64,000 nt of DNA, taken from assembly GCA_965215605.1 (NCBI GenBank), contig OZ244070.1, positions 768,001 to 832,000 of the forward strand, given 5' to 3'. Positions 9,329 through 18,532 of the stretch are shown here, piece by piece (position 1 is the first letter of the stretch; every line of letters begins with the position of its first letter). A model generated the notes under the pieces. It saw nothing but the letters and a program-made list of their open reading frames with translations, did no database searches and was not told the DNA's origin. A program made the translations under genes and the position numbers. This stretch comes from an uncultured Candidatus Binatia bacterium. Lineage in GTDB: Bacteria > Desulfobacterota > Binatia > UBA9968 > JAJDTQ01.

Positions 9329-10417
9329 CTACATCCCGTAGAACGCCCGGGCGTTGTCGTCGAGGATCTTTTCCACCACGCGGGCCGGAATGTCGTCGCG
9401 GGCGCGCAGCTTGGCGGCGACGTTGTCCTCGAAGGACTGGTCGAGGTGGCCGTAGTCCGAGCCGATCATGATGTGGTCTTCGTGGATGTAGTCGAGGAGC
9501 ATGGGCAGGTCTTCGTCCACCTCGCACACCACCCACAGGCGGCACTTCTCGAAGAGCTCGGGGCCGATGGGGACGTCGCCGTTCTTGATGGTGCGCCGAA
9601 GCTGGTGCAGCAGGTACGGCACCCATGAGGCGCTGGCTTCGACGAAGCCGAACCGGAGGCCGGGAAACCGCTCGGGGATGTGATTGGCCACCAGGTCCCG
9701 GAAGGCGATGAGCGGCAGCATGCGCAGGTGCGGCAGCGTGTGGCTGACCCTCACGTCGAACACGCTGGTGATGGCCGGCGAGCCCGCGCCGATGTGGATG
9801 CAGATGGGGAAGTCGAGACGGGCCGCCTCCTCGTAGAGCGGAAAGAAGTAGGGCTCGGCCAGTGAACGGTCGCCCTCGATGCCGCGCATGTTCACGCCCA
9901 CCGCGCCGTGCTCCTTGGCGTAGTGCAACTGCTTGATGGACTCCTCGATGGAGGTCAGCGGGAACACCGCGGTCCAGCGGAGCCGGTTGTCTCCCTGGGC
10001 CCAGACCTCGCCCATCCAGCGGTTGTAGGCGCGGCACAGCGCTACGTCCAGGTCCACGTCCTCGGTGAGACGGACGCCCCAGAGCGTCGAGTAGATCACC
10101 TCGGCGTCCGCGCCGCGCTTGTCCAGCGCCTCCACCCGGGCCCGCGGATCGGTCAATTGCCGGATCGCCAGGTCGATGTCCTGCCGGGTCCACTGCCGCT
10201 CCTGTTCGGCCGGGGTGCTGAGCCGGGCGCTGCCCTTGCCCACGGACTTGGGAAAGATCTGCCCGTCGATGAGCCAGAAGGCGTTGGAGCTCTGGTACTC
10301 GGTGTCGGTGGGCGCCTGCAACAGGATCGGCCGGCGGTCGTACATGTCCTTGTCCATGTACTCCCAGATATCCGCCGATTCGACGATGTGGGTATCCGCG
10401 TCGATGAAGCCGTTCAT
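9329..10417 (-). CDS. Amidohydrolase family protein (Amidohydro_2)
   Basis: IDADTHIVE, CRAYNRW, ICIHIG, GFVEAS, GSDYGH. Confidence 0.9.
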   Translation of the reverse strand: MNGFIDADTHIVESADIWEYMDKDMYDRRPILLQAPTDTEYQSSNAFWLIDGQIFPKSVGKGSARLSTPAEQERQWTRQDIDLAIRQLTDPRARVEALDKRGADAEVIYSTLWGVRLTEDVDLDVALCRAYNRWMGEVWAQGDNRLRWTAVFPLTSIEESIKQLHYAKEHGAVGVNMRGIEGDRSLAEPYFFPLYEEAARLDFPICIHIGAGSPAITSVFDVRVSHTLPHLRMLPLIAFRDLVANHIPERFPGLRFGFVEASASWVPYLLHQLRRTIKNGDVPIGPELFEKCRLWVVCEVDEDLPMLLDYIHEDHIMIGSDYGHLDQSFEDNVAAKLRARDDIPARVVEKILDDNARAFYGM

Positions 10418-10467
10418 GTCTGTCTCCTTTCAGGCTGGCACGGTTCCGCCTTGAGTTGTCGTGGCGG

Positions 10468-11910
10468 TCAGGGCAGCGGCGGCGCCTTCCGTGTCCAGGG
10501 CGACGCCTGCTCGTAGGCATGGGCCACCTTGAGCACGGAATCCTCGCGGAACGCGCCCGCCGCGATCTGCATGCCGATGGGCAGGCCGCCGCTGGAGAAG
10601 CCACAGTTCATGCTCAGCGACGGCAGCCCGCTGACGTTATGAGGGATGGTACAGAGTGTCAAGAAATTCCCGTCCGGACCCTGGAGCGGCTGCTTGCGGC
10701 CGTCCACCATCACCGAACCGCTCATGGACTCGTCGATGGACAGCGCCGGGACCGGCGAGGTCGGAGAGAGGATGACGTCCACCCGGTCCAGCGCCTCGTC
10801 GAAGCCGTCACAGATGAGTCGGCGGATGCGCTGGGACTGATTGTACATCCCGCCGGATACCGTGAGCGCCTGTATCTGCGTGGACAACATGCTCGGGCTG
10901 TAGTCCCGCGCGTGGTTCCGCAGGTAGTACTCGGCATCGGCGGTGCTCTCGACTCGGCTGGCGCAGAGCTGTACCGCCGGGATCAGGTCCATGTGCGGGA
11001 CCGTGACTTCCTCCACCGCCATCCCCAGGGAACGGAGAAGCTCCAGGGCGTCGGAGAGCGCCTGCATGACCTCTTTCGACGCGAACCTCTCGAAGTACCC
11101 CTTGACGATGCCCGCGCGCATGCCCTCGACGGAGGACCCCAGACTCGCCCCGTAGTCCGGCACCGGCTCGCGCGAGCTCAGCGGGTCCTGGGGATCATGC
11201 CCCGCGATGACCTGCATCATCGCCGCGCAGTCGGCGACGGAGCGGGTCAGCGGGCCGAAGTGGTTGGTGGAGTAGCCGCCGGTGCCCGGCACGCCGCCGT
11301 GAACGCTGACCCGCCCGTAGGTCGGCTTGAGGCCGACGATGCCGCACAGCGAGGCCGGGTTTCTGACCGAGCCCGCCGCGTCGGTGCCCACGGTGGCCAT
11401 GCACATGCCCGCGGCCACGGCCACCGCCGACCCGCTGCTGGAGCCGCCCGGAATGCAGTTCGTATCCCACGGGTTGCAAGGGGTGCCGTAGAACGGGTTG
11501 ACGCCGTGGCTGCCCTTGGCCCACTCGTGCATGTTGGTCTTGCCAAGGCTTATGGCGCCGGCCTCCCGCAGCCGGGTCACCACCGTGGCGTCGAAGTCCG
11601 GGACCCAGTCCGACAGCGCCTTGGCGCCGGCGGTGGTCCGCACCCCCCGGGTTGCGAAGTTGTCCTTGATGGAGACGGGGATGCCGTGAAGCGGTCCGCG
11701 GTAGCCGCCGGACCGGATCTCCTTCTCGGCGGCGGCCGCCTCCTCCAGGGCGCTCTCCGGAGTGGGCGTGAGATAGGCGTTCAGCAGCGGGTTCAGCCGT
11801 TCGAGCCGCTCCAGGTAGAGCTCGGTCAACGCCACCGGCGAGACCTCGCCGTCGCGGATCTTCGGGGCGACGTCGCTGATGGTCAGGGTCGCCAGGTCCT
11901 TCTCGACCAT
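10468..11910 (-). CDS. Amidase (amidase-signature family)
   Basis: GPLHGIPVSIKDN, GGSSSGSA, GTDAAGSVRNPAS (Lys-cisSer-Ser triad). Confidence 0.93.
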   Translation of the reverse strand: MVEKDLATLTISDVAPKIRDGEVSPVALTELYLERLERLNPLLNAYLTPTPESALEEAAAAEKEIRSGGYRGPLHGIPVSIKDNFATRGVRTTAGAKALSDWVPDFDATVVTRLREAGAISLGKTNMHEWAKGSHGVNPFYGTPCNPWDTNCIPGGSSSGSAVAVAAGMCMATVGTDAAGSVRNPASLCGIVGLKPTYGRVSVHGGVPGTGGYSTNHFGPLTRSVADCAAMMQVIAGHDPQDPLSSREPVPDYGASLGSSVEGMRAGIVKGYFERFASKEVMQALSDALELLRSLGMAVEEVTVPHMDLIPAVQLCASRVESTADAEYYLRNHARDYSPSMLSTQIQALTVSGGMYNQSQRIRRLICDGFDEALDRVDVILSPTSPVPALSIDESMSGSVMVDGRKQPLQGPDGNFLTLCTIPHNVSGLPSLSMNCGFSSGGLPIGMQIAAGAFREDSVLKVAHAYEQASPWTRKAPPLP

Positions 11911-11944
11911 TCGGGTACCTCCGGCCGCCGTACGAGGCGGCGGG

Positions 11945-13009
11945 TTAGAGACCGTACAGATTCTTGGCGTTCTGTCCCAGGATCTTGTCGATGATGTGGG
12001 GCGCCACTTCGCCCTTGTTCCTGAGCACGCGCAGGGCTTCGATCTCCGCGGAGCGGTCGGCGTGGCCGTAGTCCGTGCCGATGACGAGGTTGTCCTCGCC
12101 GCCGTACCGGAGGATGGTGGCGAGGTCGTCGTCGGTCTGACAGGCCACCCATACCCGGTTCTCCCGCAGCACGTCCTCCGGGAACTCCATCCCCTGCCGC
12201 TCGGAGAGCCGCTTGAGGTCGTGGATCACGTACGGCAGCCACTGGGCGCTGACCTCGATGAAACCGAACCGGAGGCCGGGAAACTTCGCCGGGATGCCTT
12301 CCATGATGAGCGAGTGGAAGTCCCCCACCACCGCCAGCTTGAAGCGGCGGAAGCCGGCCGTCGCCGGAAACATGTCCTGGTAGGTGAAGCTGGCGATGCC
12401 CGAGTGGACACAGGCCGGCAGGTCGAGCCTCGCGGCCTCCTCGTAGAGGGGGAAGAAATACGGGTCGGTGAGCTGCTTCTCGCCTTCCAGCCCCCGCATC
12501 ATGAAGCCGCAGGCGCCCGCGTCCCGCGCCCACGCCAGCTCGGCCAGGGCCTTGTCCATGGTCAGGAACGGCAGCAACGCGATCCAGCGCAGGCGCCCCT
12601 TGGCGCCCTCGCAGAGAGCGGCGAGCCAGCGATTGTAGGTCTTGCACAGCGCCAACTCCACCGCCGGCTTCATGGTCACCGGCCGGAGGAACAGGGTCGG
12701 GTAGAGCACCTGGACGTCCACCTCCAGCTCGTCCATGTGCCGGAGCCGCGCCTCCACGTCGCGCATCTCCCGGGTTTCCGGCGTGGTGTCCAGCCCGACG
12801 TTGTGGTTCTTGGGCTGCAGGCGGCCGTCCACGTACCAGTACTCGGTGCCCCGCTTGGGCATCCGGTCCCATTTGTCGCGCAGTTCGGCCTTGGTGTACT
12901 GCCGCTCCGACACGATGATCTCGGGCCGGAACTCCTGCTCCGATTCTTCCAGGAAGTCCCAGGTGTGCGGATTCTCCAGCACGTGGGCATCGGCATCGAC
13001 GGTGAGCAT
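11945..13009 (-). CDS. Amidohydrolase family protein (Amidohydro_2)
   Basis: VDADAHVLE, CKTYNRW, CVHSG, GFIEVS, GTDYGH. Confidence 0.9.
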   Translation of the reverse strand: MLTVDADAHVLENPHTWDFLEESEQEFRPEIIVSERQYTKAELRDKWDRMPKRGTEYWYVDGRLQPKNHNVGLDTTPETREMRDVEARLRHMDELEVDVQVLYPTLFLRPVTMKPAVELALCKTYNRWLAALCEGAKGRLRWIALLPFLTMDKALAELAWARDAGACGFMMRGLEGEKQLTDPYFFPLYEEAARLDLPACVHSGIASFTYQDMFPATAGFRRFKLAVVGDFHSLIMEGIPAKFPGLRFGFIEVSAQWLPYVIHDLKRLSERQGMEFPEDVLRENRVWVACQTDDDLATILRYGGEDNLVIGTDYGHADRSAEIEALRVLRNKGEVAPHIIDKILGQNAKNLYGL

Positions 13010-13057
13010 GGCGGGTCCCCTCCTTCCGTCCGCGGGCTCTCCACGGGTGCGGGGCAC

Positions 13058-13082
13058 GGGCGGGTTTGGAACCCGCCCCTAC
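13058..13082 (-). repeat. GTAG-type REP element
   Basis: Identical to 6748-6772; overlaps the TAG stop of the amidase. Confidence 0.8.
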
Positions 13083-14452
13083 ACGGGCGGCCGGCGCTCG
13101 AACCAGCGGGCGTGCTGCTGGTAGGCGTAGCCCACCCGCAACAGCGTGGACTCGGCGAAGGCCTTGCCCCAGAACTGCATGCCCACCGGCAGGCCCTTGG
13201 AGCTGAAGCCGGACGGGATGGCGAGCGCCGGGACGCCCGCGAGGTTCGCCGGCGACGGATAGTCCGGACGGAGCATCTTGTTCACGGCGTCCAGGCCGTC
13301 CAGCTCCGACGCCAGCGGGGCCGTGGTCGGATTGGTGGGCAGGGCCAGAACGTTCACCTCTCGGAACACCGCGTTCAGCTCCCGCCGGAGCCGGCTCCGC
13401 ATCCGCTGGGCCTGGATGTAGTCGCCGCAGGTGGACACCGCGCCGATGAACAGCCGCGCCCGGCGAGACTCCGAGGCCTCTCCGGCCATGGCCGCATCCA
13501 TGTCGGCCCGGCATATGTTGTAGAACTCGCACGAGTAGATGAGGCCGTTGGCGATGGTGGCGTACTCCATGCTCGGCACCGTCACGTCCCGGACCTTGGC
13601 GCCCAGGGACTCGAAGACCGCCAGCGCCTCGTCCAGAAGGGCCAGTACCTCGGGGTCGGTGTCGATGAGGCCGAAGTAGTCCCGCGGCACGCCGATGACC
13701 ATACCCGAGACCCCGGCCTTCAGGTCCGCGCTGTAGTCGGAGACCTCCACCTGGCTCGAGGTGGGGTCCCTCGGATCGAAGCCGGCCAGCACCTGGAGCA
13801 TGTGCGCGAGATCTTCCACCACCCGCGTCATGGGGCCGGCGGTGTCCAGCGACCAGCCCAGCGGCGCCAGGCCGAACCGGCTGACCCGCCCGTAGGTGGG
13901 CTTCAGTCCGGATATGCCGCAGAAGGACGCGGGGTTCCGGATGGAGCCCGCGGTGTCCTCGCCCATGGAGCCCATGCACAGCCCGCCGGCGATGCCGGCG
14001 CCGGAGCCGGTGCTGGAGCCGCCGGGCACATGGTCGAGATTCCAGGGATTGCGGGCGCCCTTGATGCCTCCCGGAAGACCGCTCATGTTGAGCTTTCCGA
14101 GCATCACCGCCCCGGCCTCGCGCAGGCGGCGCACCGCGGTGCAGTCTTCCCCCGGGCCGTCGGGCTGCGGGATGCGCACCATCGAGAGCGCGCCCTCGAC
14201 GTCGTATTGATCCTTGACGGCGACCGGAATGCCGTGGAGCGGGCCCCGGTAGCGGCCGTTCCGAATTTCCTGCTCCGCCGTCCGGGCCTCCGCCAGGGCG
14301 CTCTCCTCCATGAGGTTCACGTAGGCACGCAGGTCCCCGTCCAGGGCGTGAATCCGGTCGAGGTAGGCTTGCGTCAACTCCACCGGGGAAACCTCGCCCT
14401 TCTGCAAGCGCGGGGCCATGCTGTCGATGCTGGAAAAACACAAATCCGACAT
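13079..14452 (-). CDS. Amidase (amidase-signature family)
   Basis: GPLHGIPVAVKD, GGSSTGSG, GEDTAGSIRNPAS. Confidence 0.92.
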   Translation of the reverse strand: MSDLCFSSIDSMAPRLQKGEVSPVELTQAYLDRIHALDGDLRAYVNLMEESALAEARTAEQEIRNGRYRGPLHGIPVAVKDQYDVEGALSMVRIPQPDGPGEDCTAVRRLREAGAVMLGKLNMSGLPGGIKGARNPWNLDHVPGGSSTGSGAGIAGGLCMGSMGEDTAGSIRNPASFCGISGLKPTYGRVSRFGLAPLGWSLDTAGPMTRVVEDLAHMLQVLAGFDPRDPTSSQVEVSDYSADLKAGVSGMVIGVPRDYFGLIDTDPEVLALLDEALAVFESLGAKVRDVTVPSMEYATIANGLIYSCEFYNICRADMDAAMAGEASESRRARLFIGAVSTCGDYIQAQRMRSRLRRELNAVFREVNVLALPTNPTTAPLASELDGLDAVNKMLRPDYPSPANLAGVPALAIPSGFSSKGLPVGMQFWGKAFAESTLLRVGYAYQQHARWFERRPPV

Positions 14453-14482
14453 GTCCGTTCCTCGCTGTTCGCCGGACCGCCT

Positions 14483-14677
14483 CTACCGGTCCTCGTCCGT
14501 CTCAGGCCGGAAGACCCCGCCGACCTGCTCGCCGGCCAAATTGATGGAGTGGAGTTTGTCCAGGCTCTCCATGTAGGTCTCCAGCATCGGAATGAAGCGC
14601 GCCCGATCGCTCTCGGCCATCTCGAGACCGGCCCGGTGCAGCAACCGCTTCAGGGTTTCCTCGGTGTGCTTGTCCAT
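14483..14677 (-). CDS. Small GatC/AtzG-like amidase partner (64 aa)
   Basis: MDKHTEETLKRLLHRAGLEM...LDKLHSINL...VFRP; RBS AGGAGG; immediately upstream of an amidase. Confidence 0.65.
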   Translation of the reverse strand: MDKHTEETLKRLLHRAGLEMAESDRARFIPMLETYMESLDKLHSINLAGEQVGGVFRPETDEDR

Positions 14678-14717
14678 GACGAACCTCCTGTCCGCGTCAT
14701 CTTTGTGCCGCCCCGCC

Positions 14718-15464
14718 TCATCCCAGATCCCCCCACAGCAACTGCACGGCGCAGACGGCGGCCACCGCCGCCGTTTCCGTGCGCAGGATGCGCCTGCCCA
14801 GCCCCACGGTGTGAAATCCGTGAGCCGCGGCCCGCGCGGCTTCCTCCTCGCTGAACCCGCCTTCCGGGCCCACCATGACCAGCACGGAATGCAGGCTGGC
14901 GAACTCTTCCCGCAGGGAATGCAATCCTCGTCCCGACGGGCCTTCCCAGAACAACAGCCTCGCGTCGCACTGCCAGTCGGCGGCCAGCACGGCGTCGAAG
15001 CCGTCCGGCTCCCGTATCTCCGGCAGCCGGGTGCGCCCGGACTGTCTTGCGGCGGCGGCGGCGATCTTTTCCCAACGCTCGCGGCGCCTCCCGCTCTTGT
15101 CGCCGGCGAACCGGGGCACGGTGTGTGACGAGAAGAACGGCGCCACACATGTCACCCCCAGCTCCGTGGACTTCTCCACGATCCAGTCCATCTTGTCGCC
15201 CTTGCCCACGGCCTGGGCCAAGGTGACGGCCAGGGGGGACTCCCGCTCCGGGCGATAGGACCGTACCACGGTCATGGTTGCAACTCCACCATCATAGGCG
15301 CGGATCAGGGCCTCGTGCTCGGCGCCCTCGCCGTCCCATAGCAGCACCCGGGCGCCCGCGCGCAAACGCAAGACCTTGCGCATGTGCGCGAGCTCCCGAC
15401 CCTCCACCGTGGCGGCGCCGTCGCGCACCGCGTCGGGTGAAACGAGGAAACGCGGGAGGCTCAT
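14718..15464 (-). CDS. rsmE: 16S rRNA m3U1498 methyltransferase
   Basis: HMRKVLRL, KMDWIVEKSTELGV, VGPEGGFS, LGRRILRTETA. Confidence 0.96.
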   Translation of the reverse strand: MSLPRFLVSPDAVRDGAATVEGRELAHMRKVLRLRAGARVLLWDGEGAEHEALIRAYDGGVATMTVVRSYRPERESPLAVTLAQAVGKGDKMDWIVEKSTELGVTCVAPFFSSHTVPRFAGDKSGRRRERWEKIAAAAARQSGRTRLPEIREPDGFDAVLAADWQCDARLLFWEGPSGRGLHSLREEFASLHSVLVMVGPEGGFSEEEAARAAAHGFHTVGLGRRILRTETAAVAAVCAVQLLWGDLG

Positions 15465-16318
15465 GACTCCTTCCGGAGCAGCAGCGTGCTCCACTCCTTG
15501 CGGTCCTTGCGCCGCTCGATCCGGAATCCGCCGAAACGCCCCATCACCGTGGAAACATGATCGTGCAGCAGCCCCGAGAGGACCAGCGAGCCCCCGGCGG
15601 CCACGCACCGGTTCAGCGGAACGGCCAGCTCCACGAGGGTCTCCAGTATGATGTTGGCCACCACCAGCGGGAACCGGCGCCGGACCCGGCGGACGCTGGT
15701 GTCACTCAGGGTCACCGCACCCTCCAGACCGTTGAGCGTGAGGTTTGCCCGCGCCGCTTCGAGGGCCACGGGGTCGTTGTCCACCGCCAGCACCTCGCGC
15801 ACCCCGAGCCCGGCCATGCCGATGGCGAGGACGCCGGAGCCCGTGCCCACGTCCAGCGCCTTGGCCGGCACGGTCTCGGCGCAAAGCTCGTCGATGAACT
15901 CAAGGCAGGAACGGGTGGTCTCATGGGTGCCCGTGCCGAACGCCATCGCAGGCTCAATGAGGACGGTATGGCGGCGGGTGTCTTTCGGACGGAGCCACGG
16001 CGGCGTCACCAGGAACCGCTTGCCGATCTTCTGCGGCTTGAAGTGGTCACGCCAGCCGTCGTGCCAGTTCTTCTCGGCGATGACCCGCCAGCGGGTGCGG
16101 CCCACGAAACCGTCGGGGAAGATCTCCCGGAGACCGCTCAGATAGTGCCGGACCAAGGGCCGGAGGGCGCCATCGTCCACCGCTTCCGGGAAGAACGCGC
16201 GCAGGGAACGGTCGCCGCAGACGACACCGGTCGAACCGTTCTCCACCAGGAAGTTGGATATCGTATCCTGCACCGGGCCTTGGGCCTGGACGGAAAGCTC
16301 AAGCCAGCGGGCGGGCAT
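15461..16318 (-). CDS. prmA: Ribosomal protein L11 methyltransferase
   Basis: W...W..HF.P, IEPAMAFGTGTHETT, LDVGTGSGVLAI, VVANI; coupled to rsmE. Confidence 0.93.
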   Translation of the reverse strand: MPARWLELSVQAQGPVQDTISNFLVENGSTGVVCGDRSLRAFFPEAVDDGALRPLVRHYLSGLREIFPDGFVGRTRWRVIAEKNWHDGWRDHFKPQKIGKRFLVTPPWLRPKDTRRHTVLIEPAMAFGTGTHETTRSCLEFIDELCAETVPAKALDVGTGSGVLAIGMAGLGVREVLAVDNDPVALEAARANLTLNGLEGAVTLSDTSVRRVRRRFPLVVANIILETLVELAVPLNRCVAAGGSLVLSGLLHDHVSTVMGRFGGFRIERRKDRKEWSTLLLRKES

Positions 16319-16412
16319 GGCCTCCTTTATGGCACAGCCCCGGCGGCCGGGGGAAGGCGGTACGCATGCACAAAATTGTTGCTTGCGGTGGGGCCGTTGA
16401 TAAAATGGAGCC

Positions 16413-17507
16413 ATGGCACCGCCGGAAATCCTGCAGGCACCCGATTACTATCGCGCGGACAACGCCGGGGACTTTACGTATGCGCCGGACCGCATGGCCG
16501 TCTTCCGGGAAGCCAACCGGTTCCGGCGGGAGTTCGGGATCGCGCCGGCCGCGGCGGACGCCAGGAGGATCGATCTTCTCCTGATCGACGTGCAGCGCGA
16601 CTTCTGCCATCCCGAGGGCACGTTGTACGTCGGCGGGCGGAGCGGGCAGGGGGCGGTGGAGGACACCCGGCGCATCGCGGCGTTCATCTATCGCAACCTG
16701 GCGCGGATCACCCACATCCGCTGCACCCTGGACAGCCACAACAACTTCCAGATCTTCTTCCCCTGGTTCTGGGTGGACTCCTACGGGGAGCCCCTTTCGC
16801 CCCATACCCTCATCACGGTCGACAAACGCGACGCCAGGCAGTTGATCAACATCGACCCCCTGGGCAACGTCCTCAGCGGAAACGTCGTCCCCAACCCCGC
16901 CATGACCTCCTGGGTCACCGACAAGGGCTACGACTGGCTGGTGGAGCAGTGCCGCTTCTACAACCGGGAGTTGGCCGCGGGCGGGCGCTACACGCTCTAC
17001 CTGTGGCCGCCTCACTGCCTGGTGGGCAGCCCGGGCCACACCGTCACGGGGGTGGTGGACGAAGCCCGGACGCTGCACTCCCTCGCGCGCGTGTCGCAGT
17101 CCTGGACCGAGATCAAGGGCTCCCACAACCTCACGGAGAACTACTCCGTGCTGCGCCCCGAGGTCCTCACCACTTGGGACGGTGGCGTACTGGCCGAGAG
17201 AAACGTCCGTTTCTACAAGACACTGGTGAAGGCCGACGCGCTCATCGTGGCCGGACAGGCCGCCAGCCACTGCGTCAAGAGCACGGTGCAGGACCTGCTG
17301 GAAGAGATCCGGCGGGAGGACCCGTCGCTGGCGCGCAAGGTCTACCTCATGACCGACTGCATGTCCTCGGTGGTGGTCCGGGGCGAGGGCGGCGACATCG
17401 CCGCCGACTTCACCGAAGCCGCCGAGCAGACCCTGGACGAGGCCGCGGGCGCCGGCATGCATTTGGTGAAGTCTACCGAACCGATGGAAAGCTGGCCGGG
17501 GATGTGA
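16413..17507 (+). CDS. Nicotinamidase-like cysteine hydrolase, long form
   Basis: LLIDVQRDFC, TLDSH, LWPPHC, KG, GQAASHCV, LMTDCMS. Confidence 0.8.
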   Translation: MAPPEILQAPDYYRADNAGDFTYAPDRMAVFREANRFRREFGIAPAAADARRIDLLLIDVQRDFCHPEGTLYVGGRSGQGAVEDTRRIAAFIYRNLARITHIRCTLDSHNNFQIFFPWFWVDSYGEPLSPHTLITVDKRDARQLINIDPLGNVLSGNVVPNPAMTSWVTDKGYDWLVEQCRFYNRELAAGGRYTLYLWPPHCLVGSPGHTVTGVVDEARTLHSLARVSQSWTEIKGSHNLTENYSVLRPEVLTTWDGGVLAERNVRFYKTLVKADALIVAGQAASHCVKSTVQDLLEEIRREDPSLARKVYLMTDCMSSVVVRGEGGDIAADFTEAAEQTLDEAAGAGMHLVKSTEPMESWPGM

Positions 17508-17582
17508 CCGACAACGCTGCGCGGCGGGGAAGGCGTAGCGGAATACGATCTCGGACGGCTGCGTTCCCGTGACAAGGCGCGT

Positions 17583-18506
17583 TCAAACGGCCCCGGCCAC
17601 TTCGAGGAATCGATCATATCGCCTGGAGAGGAACTCGACGGAGGGCCGGTCCGCGGGTCTGCGGGGTAGCGCAATCGGCTGGTCGTGAAGCCCCTGAATC
17701 GCGTGCTGAAGTGTCGGACCATCAAATTCCTTGAGAATATCCGTACGCACTTCAATGGTCCTGTCGGGCCGCACGCCTACGAAGAACCGGTCGAACGTGG
17801 CGTGGTGCAGTCGACACAACGACAAGCCGTTGCGCACAACCGGCTGACCGTCCGGCTCCGTATCTGGAATTATGTGCGCTGCGTCAAGCAACTCACCATG
17901 ACGCAGTCGGCAGAAGGCGCACTGATGACGGTACGCCCGCAGGACCCTCTCACGGAATGCGCGTTGGTGCAGCCGGCGCACAGCCGTTGTCGTGAGGTAC
18001 TCTCGCCGAATATCCGCTACGGTTCCGGTGTCATAGGGCGCCTGTGAGAACAACTCGAGCCGATCGGGATCGTCCACTGCTACCGAAAATGCGAGATCCT
18101 CAGATGCGTCGCGGACGATGTACACAGGCCAGATCGCCAAGTACCTCCCCGGAACGATCCCGTGAAAATAGGCGAGCGGGAGTTTGTGGTGCATCGTGAA
18201 CCGCAGTCCGACGTTGTCGCGGTGCTGCGGATCCGTTCCACGATACCGGTATCTCAAGAGATTGTCGTAGCCGAACTCATCGTCGTATGGCCCATCGGGA
18301 GCGGTGGTGATAGACAACGGCACAGACATGACGGCGGGCTTGAATATCCCTTGCGGACTTAGCAACGGAACCCGTCGTTGGTCCAGCTCGAATCCCCGTG
18401 CGAGCCTTTCTCGCGACAATACGTCGCCATGGAGTGAAGTCTGGTGCGCAAGCCACTCAAAAGCGGCGTTTCTAACTCGCGCATCGTAGTTTCGGTCGAA
18501 TTCCAT
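17583..18506 (-). CDS. HNH endonuclease with SRA-like N-terminal domain (putative restriction enzyme)
   Basis: RRLHQRAFRERVLRAY..QCAFC, LLDAAHII, NGLSLCRLHHATFD; N-terminal GI.KP...LSI...PY.D...Y.Y. Confidence 0.85.
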   Translation of the reverse strand: MEFDRNYDARVRNAAFEWLAHQTSLHGDVLSRERLARGFELDQRRVPLLSPQGIFKPAVMSVPLSITTAPDGPYDDEFGYDNLLRYRYRGTDPQHRDNVGLRFTMHHKLPLAYFHGIVPGRYLAIWPVYIVRDASEDLAFSVAVDDPDRLELFSQAPYDTGTVADIRREYLTTTAVRRLHQRAFRERVLRAYRHQCAFCRLRHGELLDAAHIIPDTEPDGQPVVRNGLSLCRLHHATFDRFFVGVRPDRTIEVRTDILKEFDGPTLQHAIQGLHDQPIALPRRPADRPSVEFLSRRYDRFLEVAGAV

Positions 18507-18532
18507 TAAGGGTGCATCCCCGCAACCGAGAG

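Noticed and set aside
10468-14677. gatCAB operon
   Set aside because: No gatB, and the amidases are interleaved with amidohydrolases, pointing to catabolic paralogues.
11879-14854. 991-aa plus-strand ORF and similar long ORFs (504-1910, 22692-24485, 51889-53595, 59102-61312)
   Set aside because: Antisense shadows of well-supported genes in high-GC DNA, with no recognisable motifs.
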